A DNA stretch of 64,000 bases, taken from the NCBI GenBank assembly GCA_032718475.1, contig JAUCBJ010008532.1, positions 1-64,000 of the forward strand, in the 5' to 3' direction. The notes under the pieces were generated by a model that was given only the letters and a program-made list of their open reading frames with translations, was not told where the DNA came from and made no database searches. Of the stretch, positions 61,871 to 64,000 are shown in pieces; positions within the stretch are counted from its first letter, which is position 1, and every line of letters begins with the position of its first letter. The DNA is from Nemertoderma westbladi. Taxonomy: Eukaryota > Animalia > Xenacoelomorpha. The position numbers and the translations under genes were made by a program.

Positions 61871-62946
61871 TATTGTCTTCGTAGTAGTGAAAACCGTTTT
61901 CAAAAATATTGGGTAGTTTTCGAGTTATAGCACCATTTTTGAACCCTACTTTTGGCACTTTTTTTGAGACGTTTTTTGAAAATTACATTTCATTAAATAT
62001 TAATTGTAACATCTCTATTTTTGATTTACACCGGTTTTTTGGTGTTCGCAATTGGATGGAATTCATATAAATTGATTTAGAAATTTCAAACTTCTTTTTT
62101 TCGTCGGGTGCCAAATTTTGGTGCCAGCACCAAATTTTGAAATATGTCAATTTTGTAAATTGATTGTTTGAAACTTGTTTTTTACGCAATTGGGGTTTTT
62201 TGGGGTTCTGGTTGTTAAAGTAGAAAGATACCGGTACCTGCTGACCTGGTAGGTACAGCTGTACAGTGGTGCTTGCATATAATGAAGAACACATACAGAC
62301 TCAAACACGGTACTAGCACAAACTATAAAACAGTAACTAGACAAAAGACACATACAGTAAATAATATAACAATCTCTTCGGTCTTTCTTAAATTGGTGTC
62401 CATAGTAATAAATGGATAAATCAAGTATGTATAGGACAATATACGCTACAAATACCACACCAACATATATAGCATAACAATATCACCAATCTCTTCGGTT
62501 TTTTTTTTTAAATTGGCGTTAAAAGTACAAAATGGATAAATAAAGTATGCAGTATACGTTAAATGCCAAAATAAAACAATGGCAAGGAAATGCCACCAAT
62601 TAAATGTATCTTAGAATTACGTAATACTGTACATGCACATGTACAGCAATAACATATAACAATAGACGACATATAAAATAACATATGCCTAGCGTCTTGC
62701 TAACATATATGCATATCCATCAGTTAAATCTATGTAACATACATATGATATATAATATAACAAGTCCAGTACTGTCTTTCGGAATTACGTAGTATTGTCC
62801 ATCTATCATCCGCTTTTCCAAAAATATCAATTACTGTATCGATAATTGCAAGAAATATTTGGAAAAACATTTCAACAATATAATATATCAATAACATTCA
62901 ACCCACATCATCATGATGAACCCCAATATAAATCTAAAAAAAAAAA

Positions 62947-64000
62947 CTAAAATACATTTACTTTCTTTCTATGTTTGTGTTCAGCTAAAATAGATATACA
63001 CTCATATAGACAAGTGGGATCATCTAGAATACGTTTTAACAATAGTGACGCCAGACTTCTTGATTTTGTTAATGTGTCTGCGATTTGTAGTTTAGTAGGT
63101 ATCCAAATCAAGTCTTCCAGTTGAATGTTATCCCGAATATATGCAAAATCAATGCATAATCTCCTCTCTTGCGACATTTTTCCACTCTGCACATCTTGGG
63201 TCAGACCCCTATGGTCTGATAAGTAAACAAATGGATACGAATAATGCGTTAGTGAATGAAGAAAGACATGCAAGTATCCTCCCAAATCGACACCTTCAAC
63301 AAGTGAAAAGGTCTCAGCAGATAATGTACTCTTTGTTACCCGCTTTGTGCAGCGACTGCACCAATATATCAAATGACATCCCCAAAAAATACAGATACCC
63401 ATCCTAGATGGATTGCCAAATGAAGAATCTGTAAATATATATAAAGATTCCAGTTTGTCATTAGTAGTAGGGAATTTGATGGTAATTATTTCGCATTTCA
63501 ATTTTCTGACAATTTTGTGCAAGCTACAAATATCATTAAGCGTTGGTTGCTGAATCTGTGATAAGGTTCCCACAAAAAAGGCTATGTCGGGACGAGTGTT
63601 AGTGGATATCCACATCAATTTCCCAAGCAGTGATTTGAAGTAATGGTATATATCCTTGGATTCTGAATTCTGAAAGGATTCCATGCTTGAACAGGACAAA
63701 GATTGAATGAAAGGATCTTGAGAAATTTCGAATCCACCATATTCCATTGTACGTACGAAAACACCAAGAAATTTTACCCAATTACAACTGACATCTGTTA
63801 TCTTTCCAACACTGAGATTTGATTGGATTCCATCAATAAATGTAGATGATATTTCACTGCTTCCTGCTATTGCTATATCATCGACATGTGTGGCAATGAT
63901 TGCAATTAGATTGTCTTCTACTGACATTAAGGAATACATAGCAGGGTCTAGTTTGTTTTGTTGACAGCCTAGTTTCTCTAATTCACTTTTAAGTTTAACA
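62947..64000 (-). mobile_element. Ty1/Copia pol (RT C-terminal half and RNase H), open and running off the window end
   Basis: LDPAMY, THVDDI, TRPDIAF, FTDSSF, KSTLSAET, WIPTKLQIADTLTK. HVDD is typical of the GalEa branch. Confidence 0.92.

Overview
AT-rich animal genomic DNA with spliceosomal introns, probably from an invertebrate; the species cannot be identified. Three host gene families are present. (1) Two complete 4-exon LEG1-family genes (366 aa each). (2) The last three exons of a Wnt gene plus a second copy truncated to two exons; LEG1 and the last two Wnt exons sit in a near-identical ~9-kb duplication (877-9845 / 15321-24339) interleaved with four LTR copies of one BEL/Pao family. 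(3) An intronless urotensin-II-receptor-like GPCR. The rest is mostly transposons: a 10.3-kb BEL/Pao element, a Gypsy remnant whose LTR carries a 9.9-kb Mutator element with further nested elements (including an IS3EU-type foldback), and Penelope, Academ-like, EnSpm-like, piggyBac-like and Copia pieces. The best candidate for an undescribed system is the BEL/Pao element. It has an open 1389-aa gag-protease ORF in which RT, most of RNase H and integrase are removed in frame. This is followed by a hairpin-rich spacer with two structure-conserved repeats and a second, now disrupted, ORF with three zinc knuckles. All family assignments come from motif recognition by eye; no searches were run.
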